The notes under the pieces were generated by a model, which worked only from the letters and a program-made list of their open reading frames with translations, searched no databases and was not told the DNA's origin. Of a DNA stretch of 64,000 nucleotides, positions 32,411 through 44,458 are shown piece after piece. Within the stretch, counting starts at the first letter, position 1, and every line of letters begins with the position of its first letter. This DNA is from Chara braunii (lineage: Eukaryota > Plantae > Charophyceae), in assembly GCA_003427395.1 (NCBI GenBank), contig BFEA01000002.1:5613483-5677482 (forward strand), in the 5' to 3' direction. Made by a program: the position numbers and the translations under genes.

Positions 32411-34655
32411 GTGCTGATGATGGAAAAAAAAATGTTATTCGAAGGCAGCGCCTGCCGTTGCTCTTATGAGGCATTGAATATAATTGTCACTACCACTGAA
32501 GCACACACCAATGTCGATGCTCTGTAGCTCAGGCCATAGATGCTTGTGCAATCCTGCGTGTCAAATCCCTGGAAATGGGAGGGGACGTTCCAAGAGTAAA
32601 TAGGGTCCCGGCGATGGAAAAAAGCGGTGTCGATGGAAGGCATATGGGAGGCTCTGCTGGCTGGTGTGGATGTTTTCAGAGTGGATTGGGTGCTGATGAT
32701 GATAAATAAATGTTATTTGAAGGCGGCGTCTGTCGCTGCTCTTATGAAGCATTTAATATAATTGTCACTACCACTGAAGCACACCAGTGTCGATGCTCTG
32801 TAGCTCAGGACGTAGATGCTTGTCCGATCTTGCGTGTCAAAAAAATCCATGGAAATGGGAGGGTGCATTCCAAGAGCGAATAGGGTGCCGGTGATGGAAA
32901 AAAAGCGGTGTTGATCGAAGGCAACATCAGTGGTAGAATATAATTGTCACTACCACTGAGGCGAATATAATTGTCACTAAACTTAGAATATAATTGTCAC
33001 TACCACTGAGGCACGCACACCAGTGTCGATGCTCTGTAGCTCTTTCAGGTTTGCTGTCCGTCTTGAAGAATTTAGTTTGGCCAAATTGGTAGGATGTTGG
33101 CTGCTAATGATGGAAAACTACTACAAAAGATGAAGGTGACATGCGTTGTTGCGCTTGTGAAATTCTTCAAGTAATTGTCACTACCTCTGAGGCAAGCTGA
33201 ATGTGGATGGTCTGGAGTCGGGAGCAGGGGGGGTGCGTTGCGTTAAGTAAACCACATAGATGGGCAGCTTACCGCGCTTAGCGACTGGGAGAACTTAGTT
33301 TGGCCAAATTGAGAGGATGGTGGCTGCTGATGATGGAAAAAGACTGCAAAATCTGAACGCGACATCCATTGTTGCGCTTGTGAAATTTCTTAGAGTAATT
33401 GTCACTACCGCTGAGGCATGCCGATGTGGATGACGTGGAGTCAGAGGCAGGGGGGTGTGCATTCCTGTACGGAAAAAGCATGTAGATGGGCCGCTGACGG
33501 CTTTTGGTGAGTCTGGCAGGTCCAGTTAGTGTTTCCCTTCCATTTTTCGTGCGATAAGGTAAATTTTGGTGCCACGCTTCGAAAAGTACTTCGCTTGGAT
33601 CGAGAACAAATTTCATCTCGTTTGACAGATATCAGCCGTTGGCTGCCGATGATGGAGAACCTGAAAACACTGAAGGCAACGTTTGGAGTTGTTGCTCTTG
33701 TGAGAACTCTCAACACAATTGTCACTACCACTGAGGCATGCTAACGCAGAGGCTGTGGATCTCTCTTCTTGGGTAAGAGGCTTTTTCTTTTTTTTCTTTT
33801 TCTTGGGGGGGAGGGGGGGTGAGAGACGCAAATTTGTTCTGAAAACATTGTAGTTGTTCTTCGAGAGGAGTGAAGTGGGTGCTAATGAGAGAAAACATGC
33901 AAATAATGAAAGGCGACATCTACCGTCTTCACCCGAATAAAATGCCCGGTCATTATGGCTGCATCTAGACTGAAAGTTGTGCCAAATACAGCTAGAATGA
34001 CTGGGCGTTCTATTTGGGTGAAGACGGTAGTTCCCAGTTGCGAAACTTCTACACAAGTGTCACTACGGCTGAGTCATCGCAGCCTGCTCCCTGGCCACAA
34101 ATGTAGTGAGGCATCCAATTTTGCTCTGGTTGGTTGGACTTTTATGGTGTCCATCTCTCTATTGGGCAATTGGATGCGTTTTTCTTTGGCCAACAGTATG
34201 GCACTCCGCTTTCTGGAATGATCATTTGGGTGGCTCTTTTTTTTTCTCTTCTTTTTTTGCGCCAATCGGATGCTTATGATGGAAAAATCGCAAAATAACG
34301 AAAGGCAACATTTGCCTATCTGTGTGTGAACCTCGAGATCATATTGTCACTACCGCTGAGGCATCCGATACTCTGATTCCAGGGCATGAATGTTATGAAT
34401 CAGGGCGTGAATGTTATGAAAGAGTCTGTTCTACTGCATTGATTAGGTGTTAAGGCTATCCTCCTCACTTTTAGAGAGCCAAGAGGGGTTTATCTCGTAT
34501 TTGACTGGACTTGAACCTGATACCTTTCTTTACACTCGACGACCTCGAGTCGGTTATTGGGTGCTAATGATGGAAAACCTAGCAATAACGAAAGGCAACA
34601 TGTGCTTTTGTCGCATGTGTGGAATTTGAAATTATTGTCACTACCACTGAAGTAC
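32411..34655 (+). ncRNA. Tandem array of about 9 box C/D snoRNAs guiding the SSU rRNA A in GGU[A]GUGACAAU (human Am512/SNORD70-equivalent site)
   Basis: Units at about 32411-32504, 32690-32783, 32885-33014 (partial with duplicated end), 33101-33195, 33324-33419, 33643-33738, 33879-34075 (MITE-disrupted), 34271-34363 and 34561-34655. Each has a TGCT/AGCA-type stem, box C ATGATG(G/A), guide ATTGTCACTACC, N and box D CTGA. Confidence 0.88.
33921..34029. mobile_element. MITE family 1 inserted in a snoRNA unit
   Basis: TA-CCGTCTTCACCCGAA...TTTGGGTGAAGACGG-TA between box C and the guide of the unit. Confidence 0.85.
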
Positions 34656-34847
34656 CCTTTTTTTTTTTTCCTTCCACCTTTGTGCAGGATACCACTGGAG
34701 GCTAGTGTTCTACTAGCAACTCCATAAGAAATGCAACACTGTTTTTTTTTTCCTGTTTTTATTTTTTTTTTTACTTTTATTTTTTCTGGCCTCACGTTCT
34801 CGCAAATGACTTCATCCCAGTGACAGCTTCTAGAATAGGAGAACGGC

Positions 34848-34961
34848 TACCTTCTTCCCCCGAATACAACCTTTGGTCATTATAGCCGTATCTAGACTGA
34901 AAGATGCCTCAAATGCAGCATCGATACTGGCCCTGTGTGTTGTATTCAGACGAAGAAAGTA
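34848..34961. mobile_element. MITE family 1
   Basis: TA-CCTTCTTCCCCCGAATAC...GTATTCAGACGAAGAAAG-TA. Confidence 0.65.
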
Positions 34962-35002
34962 GCCATGTGCAAGTCGACTTGTTGGGTCATATTTGTCCAG
35001 TT

Positions 35003-35303
35003 CTTACTTCCGTCATTTTTACTTCCGTCATTTTTACTTTTGTCATTTTTACTTTTGTCATTTTTACTTTTGTCATTTTTACTTTTGTAATTTTTACTTC
35101 CGTCATTTTTACTTCCGTAATTTTTACTTTTGTAGTTTTTACCACCGTAATTTTTACCGCCGTAATTTTTACTTCCGTAATTTTTACTTTTGTAGTTTTT
35201 ACCACCGCAATTTTTACCGCAGTAATTTTTACTTCCGTAATTTTTACTTTTGTAGTTTTTACCACCGTAATTTTTACCGCAGTAATTTTTACTTCTGTAA
35301 TTT
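35003..35303. repeat. 15-bp minisatellite (TTTTTACTTYYGTMA)n, about 20 copies
   Basis: Directly visible; source of the VIFTS/KNYGS repeat ORFs. Confidence 0.9.
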
Positions 35304-35406
35304 GCCGAGGAGTCACCATCGTCTCCAGTACAGTACACCCAGCCTTTGTTCAAATCCCGATCGGCAGCGTGTTTTCCGCACGAGCTGTGGTGGTACCCTA
35401 CCTTTC

Positions 35407-35523
35407 TACCTTCAACTCCCGAATACGACGTAAGGTCCTTCCAGCTGTGTATTTACACTGAAAGATAACCCAATAAGAGCTACAATGACCGTACATTGTA
35501 TTGGGGGGAAGAAGAAGAAGGTA
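35407..35523. mobile_element. MITE family 1
   Basis: TA-CCTTC..CCCGAATAC...GTATTGGGGGGAAGAAG..GG-TA. Confidence 0.6.
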
Positions 35524-35654
35524 GTGTGATAACGAGAAGCCGATGTGGAAGGCCATGTGCAGCAATATCTGTCATCCTAGTTTGGAAATTTTCTCGCCTA
35601 ATTGGAACCTCTTCAGTATTCGAAGATATTTTCCATACCGACGTTTGGAGAAGC

Positions 35655-35767
35655 TACTGTCTTCACCCGAATGCAATGTACACAGTCATTATAACCGTAT
35701 CTGGTGCAACTTTGAGTCTAGATACAGCAATAATGAGGGTAGGTTTTATTTGGGTGTGTAGACAGTA
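35655..35767. mobile_element. MITE family 1
   Basis: TA-CTGTCTTCACCCGAA...TTGGGTGTGTAGACAG-TA. Confidence 0.75.
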
Positions 35768-38744
35768 GCACTGCTAATCTCATCACTAGTCCGTAAGTTT
35801 ATATCTGGGAGGCTGTGTCATTGAATTATGCTCCACCCATGCGCTTCACGTTAGGTTGACATTACCGTTTGTATGTCTCGATCACGCTCACGGTTAAGTC
35901 GCACCGTGACCTGTTTCCCAGAGGCTATGGAAACCTCTGGGAAATGAGAAGTCGCACTGTGACATGTTGTTTTTAAGAATGGTAAGGCGCATGCTCACGT
36001 CTTGCACTCTACAGAATGATGAGTCACACCGTGACCTGTTGTTTTTAAGAATGGCGTCTCCACTTTCATGCCCAGTGCACCAAAACACGTCCAGGAGTTG
36101 TTGCGGCTTTCTATTTAGTCTTGTTGTATCTGGTCCTGTTATTGAATTTGGTGTAGGCGGGGATTTCACGACTACGCACCTGTGCAGTGCTGAGTGAGGT
36201 GGTGGCCTCACTCCGTCTCCGCTGCTGCATTGAAATTGGCGACAAATGAAACGAGAACTGTCTATTATATTCAGAAAATAGAAAGTAGAGTAGCTCATGT
36301 CTGCACTTCTCACTCGCTTCCAATTGAACGCCGTCGCTTGAATAGAACACACGGATGATATAATAGTTGCACTTGGTGCGAGTTTCAGCCCAGATGCAGA
36401 GATAATGCCCAAGTGTTGGGTTCAGATGAAGATGGTGGATCACTCCGTGTCAAATGCAAGCGCGAACTACGGCAGCACCATGAACTGCACACCCGCGGCA
36501 AAGGTCACTAAGCATTGTCATCGGGCCAAATGGGTTTTTGCGGAGCGACTGTAATTACAGGCTTAGCTAGTGAAGTACCTGTTGTAGGAGACACCAAAGT
36601 AACTTGGTTATGTGGAGGCTTCTCAGTGGATAACGCAACCTTAGTGTGTGGCAGGCTGAAAACAATTTGTGTGCCAGACAAGATAAAGGGCCGAGAGAGG
36701 TGCTTGCGGGATCAGAGCCATAGCATCAATGGTCATGCTGACTGCAAGCGTGCTGTGCACGATAAAAGTGTTTGGTTTGGTGATGATGGGTCAAATGGAC
36801 GATGAAGGGTTGGGTTATCGAGAATGATTCATGCTACAAATTTGCGTTAAGGTAGCCAGTCAAACGCTTGTAAAACACCACATACGGTGCTGATGTGGTT
36901 ATTGCAGAATGCAGCTGCGAGAGCCTGCAGGATTTCTGGGGCATTGGAACAATGCTAGCAACAGTTGGCTTTTGTGCTTTCCAGACACTTGGCGCTTGAT
37001 GCGGAGGGCGGCAGTTTGAATCCGCGTTTGCACTGTTGAGGTCTTAGGCGCACATGTGCGTATGCTGCTGCCATGGAATCAGGAGCTACATAGATCGTTC
37101 TGGTGCTGATCACCGAGTCGTGGCTCTTGCGGTCGAGGACGCTCGGTCGAATCCGTGTTTGCACGGAGGAGCTACATAGGCGGATCCATGAACTGCTTCT
37201 GGTGCTGCTGCTATGTAGGTGCCAGGTCGCTTGGTCGAATCCGTGTTTGCACGCAGAAGCTACATAGGTGCCAGCGAGTGGGGCGAGAAGAAGGAATGCA
37301 CGTTGAAGAAGAGTTGAAGAGGGGAAATGGAGTGTGCCTGTCACAGGAGAAGGGCGACAAATGGGTGCAGGTTTTGGGAGAGTAGGGAAGAAAGTCCTTG
37401 AGGGCGTGTTGGGCGTCATGTGCTGAAGGCGCTGTTGTCTCTGACCAAGTCCGGGCGTGATGAAGTCTTTGTACAGCACATGGATACACCAAATGCGGTG
37501 CATCTGGACTTGGTGCAAAATGCAACGAATCCGATCCCTACGATTGCCTGTTCACAGGAGCGTCTTCCAAGCGAAGGCTTGAGGCGCTGGTGTCCAAGGA
37601 GTTTGTCTGCCTACCCTCGTCCCCCGAATGTAACATGTGCTGTGTATTCAAGATTTGAAAAAAAAAACAGAACGATGATTGGAACAGAATGTAAATGAGC
37701 TGCATTCGAGTATTGTGGCTGTTTGAACCATGTGCTTTTTATAAACCAACACAATGCACAAGTTGCTTTCTATTCGAACACAACACGTGCACGTTCTATT
37801 GCAGTGCAACTCGTACGCATTCTGTTCGGATAGAATCGGGTCGTGTTATATGCGAATAGGAAGCAACTTGGGCGGTGTCTTGGTGTGGAATGCATATGCA
37901 ACGTTTATCATGCGATATGTTTGTGGAAAGAATGTATTAGTTCGCACGCATTTGAATTGATGAAAGTCCAGAGAGGCTATGGAAACCTCTTGGAAATGGA
38001 CAGCCATAGTGGCTTATAAAGATCTGGTGTTTGAGGAAGAGCCTTGCATGGATTGTCGGTTTGAGCGCTCTGGCATGAAGTCCAATGAAATTTTGAGGAT
38101 TTTGCAGGCCGATGAGTGCGAGAATCGTTATATGTTGCTGCAGGCGAGATATGAAATGCAAGAGTGTAGAGCTGCTCTTTGGTAGTTACGCAAATTGTGG
38201 TCGACGAGGGATCTGGTATGTGCGGGATGGCGCGCTTACAGAGTTATTTGTTCGTCTCGTTGCATCTGGAGACGGATGTGGGTTTTTGCATGTCAACAGC
38301 TCATTGGTGTACCAGCTGCAGGATGGCACTTTCACTGTGGGGCAATAATGGGGCTGTCTCTCATTTAAATGGCTGAATGCAGTGAATGGATGATTGACAT
38401 TAACGATTATCTGCGCTTTGATGGTTTGGATGTCATGGAGTATGAAGAAGGTAGTGGTCTTGGGTGCTCAGATGGATAGAAACTCTGCGTGATGTACTTC
38501 GTTTTTAGCATCATTTTTTATTACAATAATGTGATAAGCTTCCAGTCTATGAAGTGTTTGGATGGATTTGGAAAAAAAAAAAAGAGGCATATAATATACA
38601 TAGTCAACGAGGAAGAAGAGACGACTGGTGTCAGCAGTTTAGGTCTTACAGGACGGAGGAGGATTGCTGCTGTTTCTGTGTTCAAAGTCTAGATTATAAC
38701 AGATAATCATACCGCTACTGACAGATAAGGAGGCCTTTCCTATC

Positions 38745-38902
38745 TTAAACCACCAGTACTTCCTAAAGTCGCGCCCGTTAACGTTACGCGATTTTAGGAA
38801 ACGTACNGGCCACTACAGGAGCGCCCAAATTCATCCAACTAGAAACGTTTCTGCTCTATTTTTTTCCGCGGCCGATAGCTGGGCCAAGTACTGGTGGTTT
38901 AA
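38745..38902. mobile_element. MITE family 3 (TTAA-flanked, TIR ACCACCAGTACTT)
   Basis: TTAA-ACCACCAGTACTT...AAGTACTGGTGGT-TTAA. Confidence 0.8.
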
Positions 38903-39727
38903 GAGAACGATGGTCAACTCTTCTTTGAGCACAGCGTAAGCAAATTCCAGTGTGTTAGGCACTCCACAAAGGTTAATCAGGTTGGAGAGCTGTGTGATGG
39001 ACGACCATCTCCATCTCGCACGGTTCGGAGAGCACTTGTTACGGCTGAATAGAACGTTTTACTAAGGTCTATCAGCTTAACTATTGATTAAGGATGCTTT
39101 TTTATTATTTATGTTTTATTTATTATTGACTATGGATGTAAGGGAAAGTTTCTGTTCATTATTGTATGCCCGACCTCGTTTTTTTGTACTTTCGAGTTCG
39201 TTGTTGTATGATGAAATTGCACAAGCAAAAGAGGCATTCTGTATTTGATGATGATCGGCTGAAGGAAGCAGGTAAGGAGTAAAATACTTTTTTTTAATTA
39301 TAAATAGTAGAGAAAGAAGTAACGAAAATGATAATGACTGGCTGATATACTTTCTGCAATTATAGAGTTGTTCGTGCAATGTGGAGTGCTTTTGCAGTCT
39401 TTTTTTCTTTTTTTTTGTTTCCCCGCTTGCTGTGCGTTTGGTGGTGGTGGTGGTGATGTTTTCTGTTTTTTGTGTTCGGTCGATTTCTCCCTTGTTCACG
39501 GGATGGCAATCTGGCAATAGTGATCTTATTTTTTAACCACCAGTTCAGGTCTGCAGCCCATTTCGAAACGCTAAGGGCTCACTTGTAAGATTTTGGAGGC
39601 TTGGGTCGACTGGAATTTTGGAGGCGCGGGTCAAGAGGACCACAGTGGCCGTGGCGCTATCTTTTGTAGGGAAAAAGCAGTGTTGCATACGCCGAAGGCA
39701 CGACAGCTCGAAAAAAGAAGAAAATAA

Positions 39728-39763
<36 letters not shown>

Positions 39764-40440
39764 AAGGTCCTTATTCCTGAACCCCCACTAACCCCACGAG
39801 CACCTCGATACCTGCGAGACTTCGGAGTAGTGGTGGTTGTCGGGACCGCATTTGGTTGCCACAACGTGCTGTTCATTGCAGGACTGTTCTTTTGTTCCTA
39901 TGCATCAGGGGCAGACCCATAGTGGGCATGAATAGGGAGAAGAGCACCCGTAAAAATAATTGTGCCAAAGTACGATCATTTACAAGTATGAGGATTGCAG
40001 TACCTGTGGGGAACCCCACTATGGGTGGCAGCATGTGCCGACGAGACGTATCAGCCGACAACCGTCTTCTCTCTCGACTACTCCGTGTTCCCTGCTTCGA
40101 CTCTACCCGCTCGCGGTCGCTAGCCACCTCCTGAACCAGCAAAGAACAGCCAAGTCAGTCAAACGCAAGCAAGGGTTGGAAATTGGAACGGAGAGTGCAA
40201 CGTGCGTCGGTTCACTGCATGACAATTTCCATGCGCTCTGATCTTTGTCTGGTCCCTGTACAGCGGACACGCTGAACTGCTTCAAACGCTTTTTGGTGCA
40301 AAAACTGTCCAAATGCATGTGGAGAGCTGTGTTGTGGAGCTAGTCCTGATAACAAGTACTGTGGAGTTGTATTCTCCTTCCTATCAGTAGCTGGGAACTA
40401 TGTTTCTTTTCTCACTACGATTCTATCAATCACCTCACGT

Positions 40441-40486
40441 CATGGACCATGCATCGGGTATTAAACTGATAAAAGCACTACTCTTT
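40441..40486 (-). pseudogene. Possible degenerate U2 snRNA fragment
   Basis: Reverse complement AAGAGTAGTGCTTTTATCAGTTTAATACCCGATGCATGGTCCAT resembles U2 AAGUGUAGUAUCUGUUCUUAUCAGUUUAAUAUCUGAU. Confidence 0.4.
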
Positions 40487-40983
40487 TCTTGTTCTTTGTC
40501 CTCCTCCCCTCACCCCCCCCGCCCCCCACCCCAAACACACACACACTTCATTGTAGGAGGAGGGTTGAGAAGCTGAATTTTTTTGTAAAAACAGAAAGAA
40601 AAAAAAAGAAAGGTGTCCGCTTGGGCATACTACTGCTGCCGACAGTGTGCGTGCGTGGGGACGGAAGTCGTAGGTGCAACTTGGACTCGTCACAAGTTTT
40701 CTAAGAATAGCCTTTGCTAAGGGTTGAAGTTAAAACCGGAGGCGGACTCTGCTTCTGGGTTGCAGAGTCGCTGTCAGTAGTATAGAACTGCCTGATGCTT
40801 ATAGCTTTTTTTTTTAATTTCGCTCTGTTTTGTTTTTATGAAGGTGGTAAATCTTGACTCTTGAGATCCACCTGAGTGGTGTCAGGCTATTCAGGAATTC
40901 GTGCCACCAGATCTATTGAGATTCGAACCCAGTTCTATATTTTGACAGATTACATTTGTGTATTATGGTTGTACCAGCTGTGC

Positions 40984-41190
40984 TACCTTCTCTGCCCTGA
41001 ACATAACGCATATGCGTTGTAAAGGAATAGGACGCATAGGGTGCGTGTTCTGTTCGGATAAAACACGTACAGGTTCTATTCATATATCCCCGATTTTTGA
41101 ATATAACGCATATGCGTTCTATTCGATTAAAAATTTTCAAATTCAGAAACTCGAATAGGACACATGCGTTATGTTCAGGGGAAGAAGGCC
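40984..41190. mobile_element. MITE family 1, longer variant
   Basis: CCTTCT..CCCTGAACATAACGCATATG ... CACATGCGTTATGTTCAGGGGAAGAAGG inverted ends. Confidence 0.6.
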
Positions 41191-41274
41191 TGTCGGTTGA
41201 CATTTACTTTTATTGGTCAAAATGCTCTGTGTTCTGTACATTCTCCTTTTTCGTTTTCTTTTTATTTGAATCAA

Positions 41275-41477
41275 TTCTTGATTATGGGTGTCATCCTTGG
41301 GCAGGGGCCATGCTATTTTTTTTTTTTCAGTATTGTTATTATCGCATGAATTTTAACTTGAGAAATAGAAGCAAATAGTTTCTTAATAATTTATACAGAA
41401 TCTTTGACTATTCTTCTTCTTAATATATTTTTTCTATAAAGAAAGAGAAATTAAGTAAAATGTAAATCCCGAAGGAC
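41275..41477 (-). pseudogene. U6: U6 pseudogene split by an AT-rich insertion
   Basis: GTGTCATCCTTGGGCAGGGGCCATGCTA (41288-41315) and the 5' end TCCCGAAGGAC (41467-41477). Confidence 0.7.
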
Positions 41478-41596
41478 AAAGGCTCCCTATTTTGGATGGT
41501 CTGTACTGATTCTAGAAAGGGGGAGCTGCTCTGCACAACTCATGTGGAGCTCGCGGTGGTCCCAGGACCATGTCTTGCTGATGTCGTCTCTCCTCC

Positions 41597-41746
41597 TCAA
41601 ACCACCAGAACTGCTTTGGCCAGTTACTGACCGTGGAAAAAAATAGAGTAGAAACGTCTCGAGTGGGATGAATTTGGGCGCTCCTGTAGTCACCCGTACG
41701 TGTACATTTCCTAAAATCTTTTTCTTGTTAATGGGCGGATGGTTAA
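41597..41746. mobile_element. MITE family 3 (inverted relative to the 38745 copy)
   Basis: Shared internal GGATGAATTTGGGCGCTCCTGTAGT and AAACCACCAG end. Confidence 0.7.
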
Positions 41747-42175
41747 GAGTACGGCTCTGAATTCGTAAGCATCCGCGAGGTTACGATGTCCACAGTCGTC
41801 GCTACTTTTCGTGGACTTGTCCAGCCTCTACGCCGTCATCTGGGGGGCGCTACCGGACCGCCCGGATGGCATGAGTGCAGTCTCGGCTTGAACGGACCTG
41901 CAAACGTAACGTCTTGTTGGGGGCACTACTGGACAGGATGAACAAGCTCTGAGCGTAACGCGTGTCTCATGGCTGATGGGCGTTTCAGTACGAACACGAT
42001 AGGTAAGGGACGGCTGTCACCTGGCCAGTTGTCCCCTGTGGGTGGAGTGGTTGGCGATGAAGAAGCAGAGGTATCACACAACACACCATCATCCTGAGGC
42101 TCATCGCCTCATTCCGGCTGGAGGTTGTGCAAAACACAGCAAGTGGCAGAAGAACCAGGAATTCAGCACCCTCTC

Positions 42176-42441
42176 TTAAACCACCAGTACTTGGCCCAGC
42201 TATTGGCCGCGGCTCTTTCCCGTTAACGCGCCGTGCCTTTAGGGCTTGGGGGGACCGTCCCTGCCCAAGGATGACACCCATAAATCAAGAATTTTAATGG
42301 ATGTCCCAATTTATGCGATAGTATTGTTACTATCGCATAGGGCTTTCGAAGCGCCAGCCAAAAAGATTTCGAAACGGTACCCCGCCGACTCGGCATTTCC
42401 AGGCTTGGCATCGATAGCTGGGCCAAGTTCTGGTGGTTTAA
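42176..42441. mobile_element. MITE family 3 carrying U6 fragments
   Basis: TTAA-ACCACCAGTACTTGGCCCAGCTAT...ATAGCTGGGCCAAGTTCTGGTGGT-TTAA; U6 pieces at 42259-42308. Confidence 0.8.
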
Positions 42442-43827
42442 TCTGTCTGCCACATGCACATGGTAGAAGAACTCGAACAAGCGTATGGAATGCGCGAGTG
42501 GCGGATCTTACTACTGTTTTGAACATGACAATACAACAATGCGCAAGTGACTGATCTTACAATGTTGTGAAGTGGATCGAACACGCTCATGGAATGCGGT
42601 ATGGCAGGTTTTGGGCTGAATGACCAGCCGTGTGAAACTGGAATGCCCGCCGCCAGCAAGTGAGTACCCATCAGGCACACCGAGGATCACTGGCTTGTAA
42701 CCGCGCAAGGTGTCGTCAGGATTATCCAAGCGCTCATCAGGATCATCCAATGATGAATGCCTTTCAACACTCGATCAAGACTACGACAGTTCTAGAAAAC
42801 GATAGCAAAAGTCCAGGATTTTCAGGTCCAACCCATGGAGGATGATCTGTGCAACAATCGAGAACCAGGTGTACCTCAGAGTCCCAGAATAGCAGTCATC
42901 GCCATTGGAGCCCGAAGAGTTGGGGAACCTGGAAACTTTTGCATCCTCATGTGCCCTTCTTTGAACTGTCCAAACCCCACAAGATTGGGGCAATATGCGA
43001 TTTCCTTTGGCCGCGTCCTCCCTCACCACCTGCAGACCACAGGTTTTGGATTTCATAACCCGAGGCAGTGTGCCAGTGGCAGGCGCCGTGGGCCCACGCG
43101 CACGGTGTATGGGAGTTGTTTGGCGGAGGCAAAGGGGCTTTGGATCTAGTGAACTCTTGCTCCAAATGTCGGTGGAGCTCTCGCAGCAAGCAGTCGGACG
43201 TGGGCCATTGGATCTGCAAGAGGCTGGCATGGTGGTGCTCAGCATCGTGGATGACCTCGAGGTATATCCACAGGCCAGCGGTTTCCAGCATGACCCACCA
43301 CCTGAGTGGAGCTCGGGGAATGATATTCGTGATCTCAATGACAGTAGGCCATAGCCGAAGGGCCACGTAGCGTGGCCCCGTGCTCTGTCGTCGGCTTTGT
43401 TGTCATTCTTTGCTGGAGGTGCAAATCAGGGAGCCTATGAGAAATTGTGGAATCCGTGGGTGGGAACCAAAATCAAATCGACAATGGAGAATGTGTCCTC
43501 TGCCATCCTCCCCACTGCCACCATGACCGCAACAGCCAGTCTCTCATGGTGCCTCCCCCTCCGTATATGAGGCCACATCGCAATGCAGGTGATGGGGCAG
43601 GGCAATAACCACCACCGCACCCCTCCCCCCAGTTCACTGAGTTCGCCTCTCGTTTTACACATTTTGAGAGTAGTGCAGGGTCTCTCTCTCTCTCTCTCTC
43701 GTGCGTGCACATGCACCACGAGAGAGAGAGAGAGACGAGTGAATCTTCCGTTAGAACATGGAAGATAAACCGCTATGATTTTTCGCTACTGTGCACACGT
43801 CGACACACACACACACAGACCGACACA

Positions 43828-43869
<42 letters not shown>

Positions 43870-44094
43870 CATGACGGATGGCAGCAAAATGGATACCATT
43901 CTGCTGGCATACTCAGGTTGTGTGTTCCCTGCTTGGACACTATATACACGATGACTGCCATTGCTTTCTGTGTTCTCCATGTCATCCCGCCCTTCTTTTG
44001 CTCTCTCTTTTTTTTTTTTTTTTTTTTTTTTTTCCCTGAAGCATTTTGTCTGTCAAGGGCTATCTTGTGCTGGACGGGTTGTTCTTGCCTTCCA

Positions 44095-44355
44095 CTGTAT
44101 TGTTGGAGCATTCAGGTCTTTGGACAGTCTTCCTGATCCCTCTGTTCTCTGTCTGTCTGTCTGTCTGTCTGTCTTCCTCGTCTTGAAAGCCCCCACTGGC
44201 AGTGGGAATCTGCCCGATGTCTCTTATAGGCAAACGGTTCTGTCTGTCTGTCTTCCTCATCTTGAAAGCCCCCACGGGCAAACGGTTCTGGTTGAAAAAA
44301 AAGAGGATCACCGCCGCTGCGTTCTTGCCTTCCTGAGATTGGGTCTGTGGCACTC
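44095..44355. repeat. Dispersed repeat, copy 1 (copy 2 at 51200-51430)
   Basis: TCAGGTCTTTGGAC.GTC.TCCTGATCC...GAAAGCCC.CACTGGCAGTG...AAAAGAGGATCACC..CTGAGATTGGGTCTGTGGCACT in both. Confidence 0.75.
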
Positions 44356-44419
44356 TGCATGTTTTCTTTCTGAAATTGTGCTGGCTCTTTGCTGTAGCTG
44401 TTGCTGTTGCTGTAGCAGT

Positions 44420-44458
<39 letters not shown>

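Noticed and set aside
34904-35461. Pentapeptide-repeat-like ORFs (VIFTS/KNYGS)
   Set aside because: Translation of a 15-bp minisatellite
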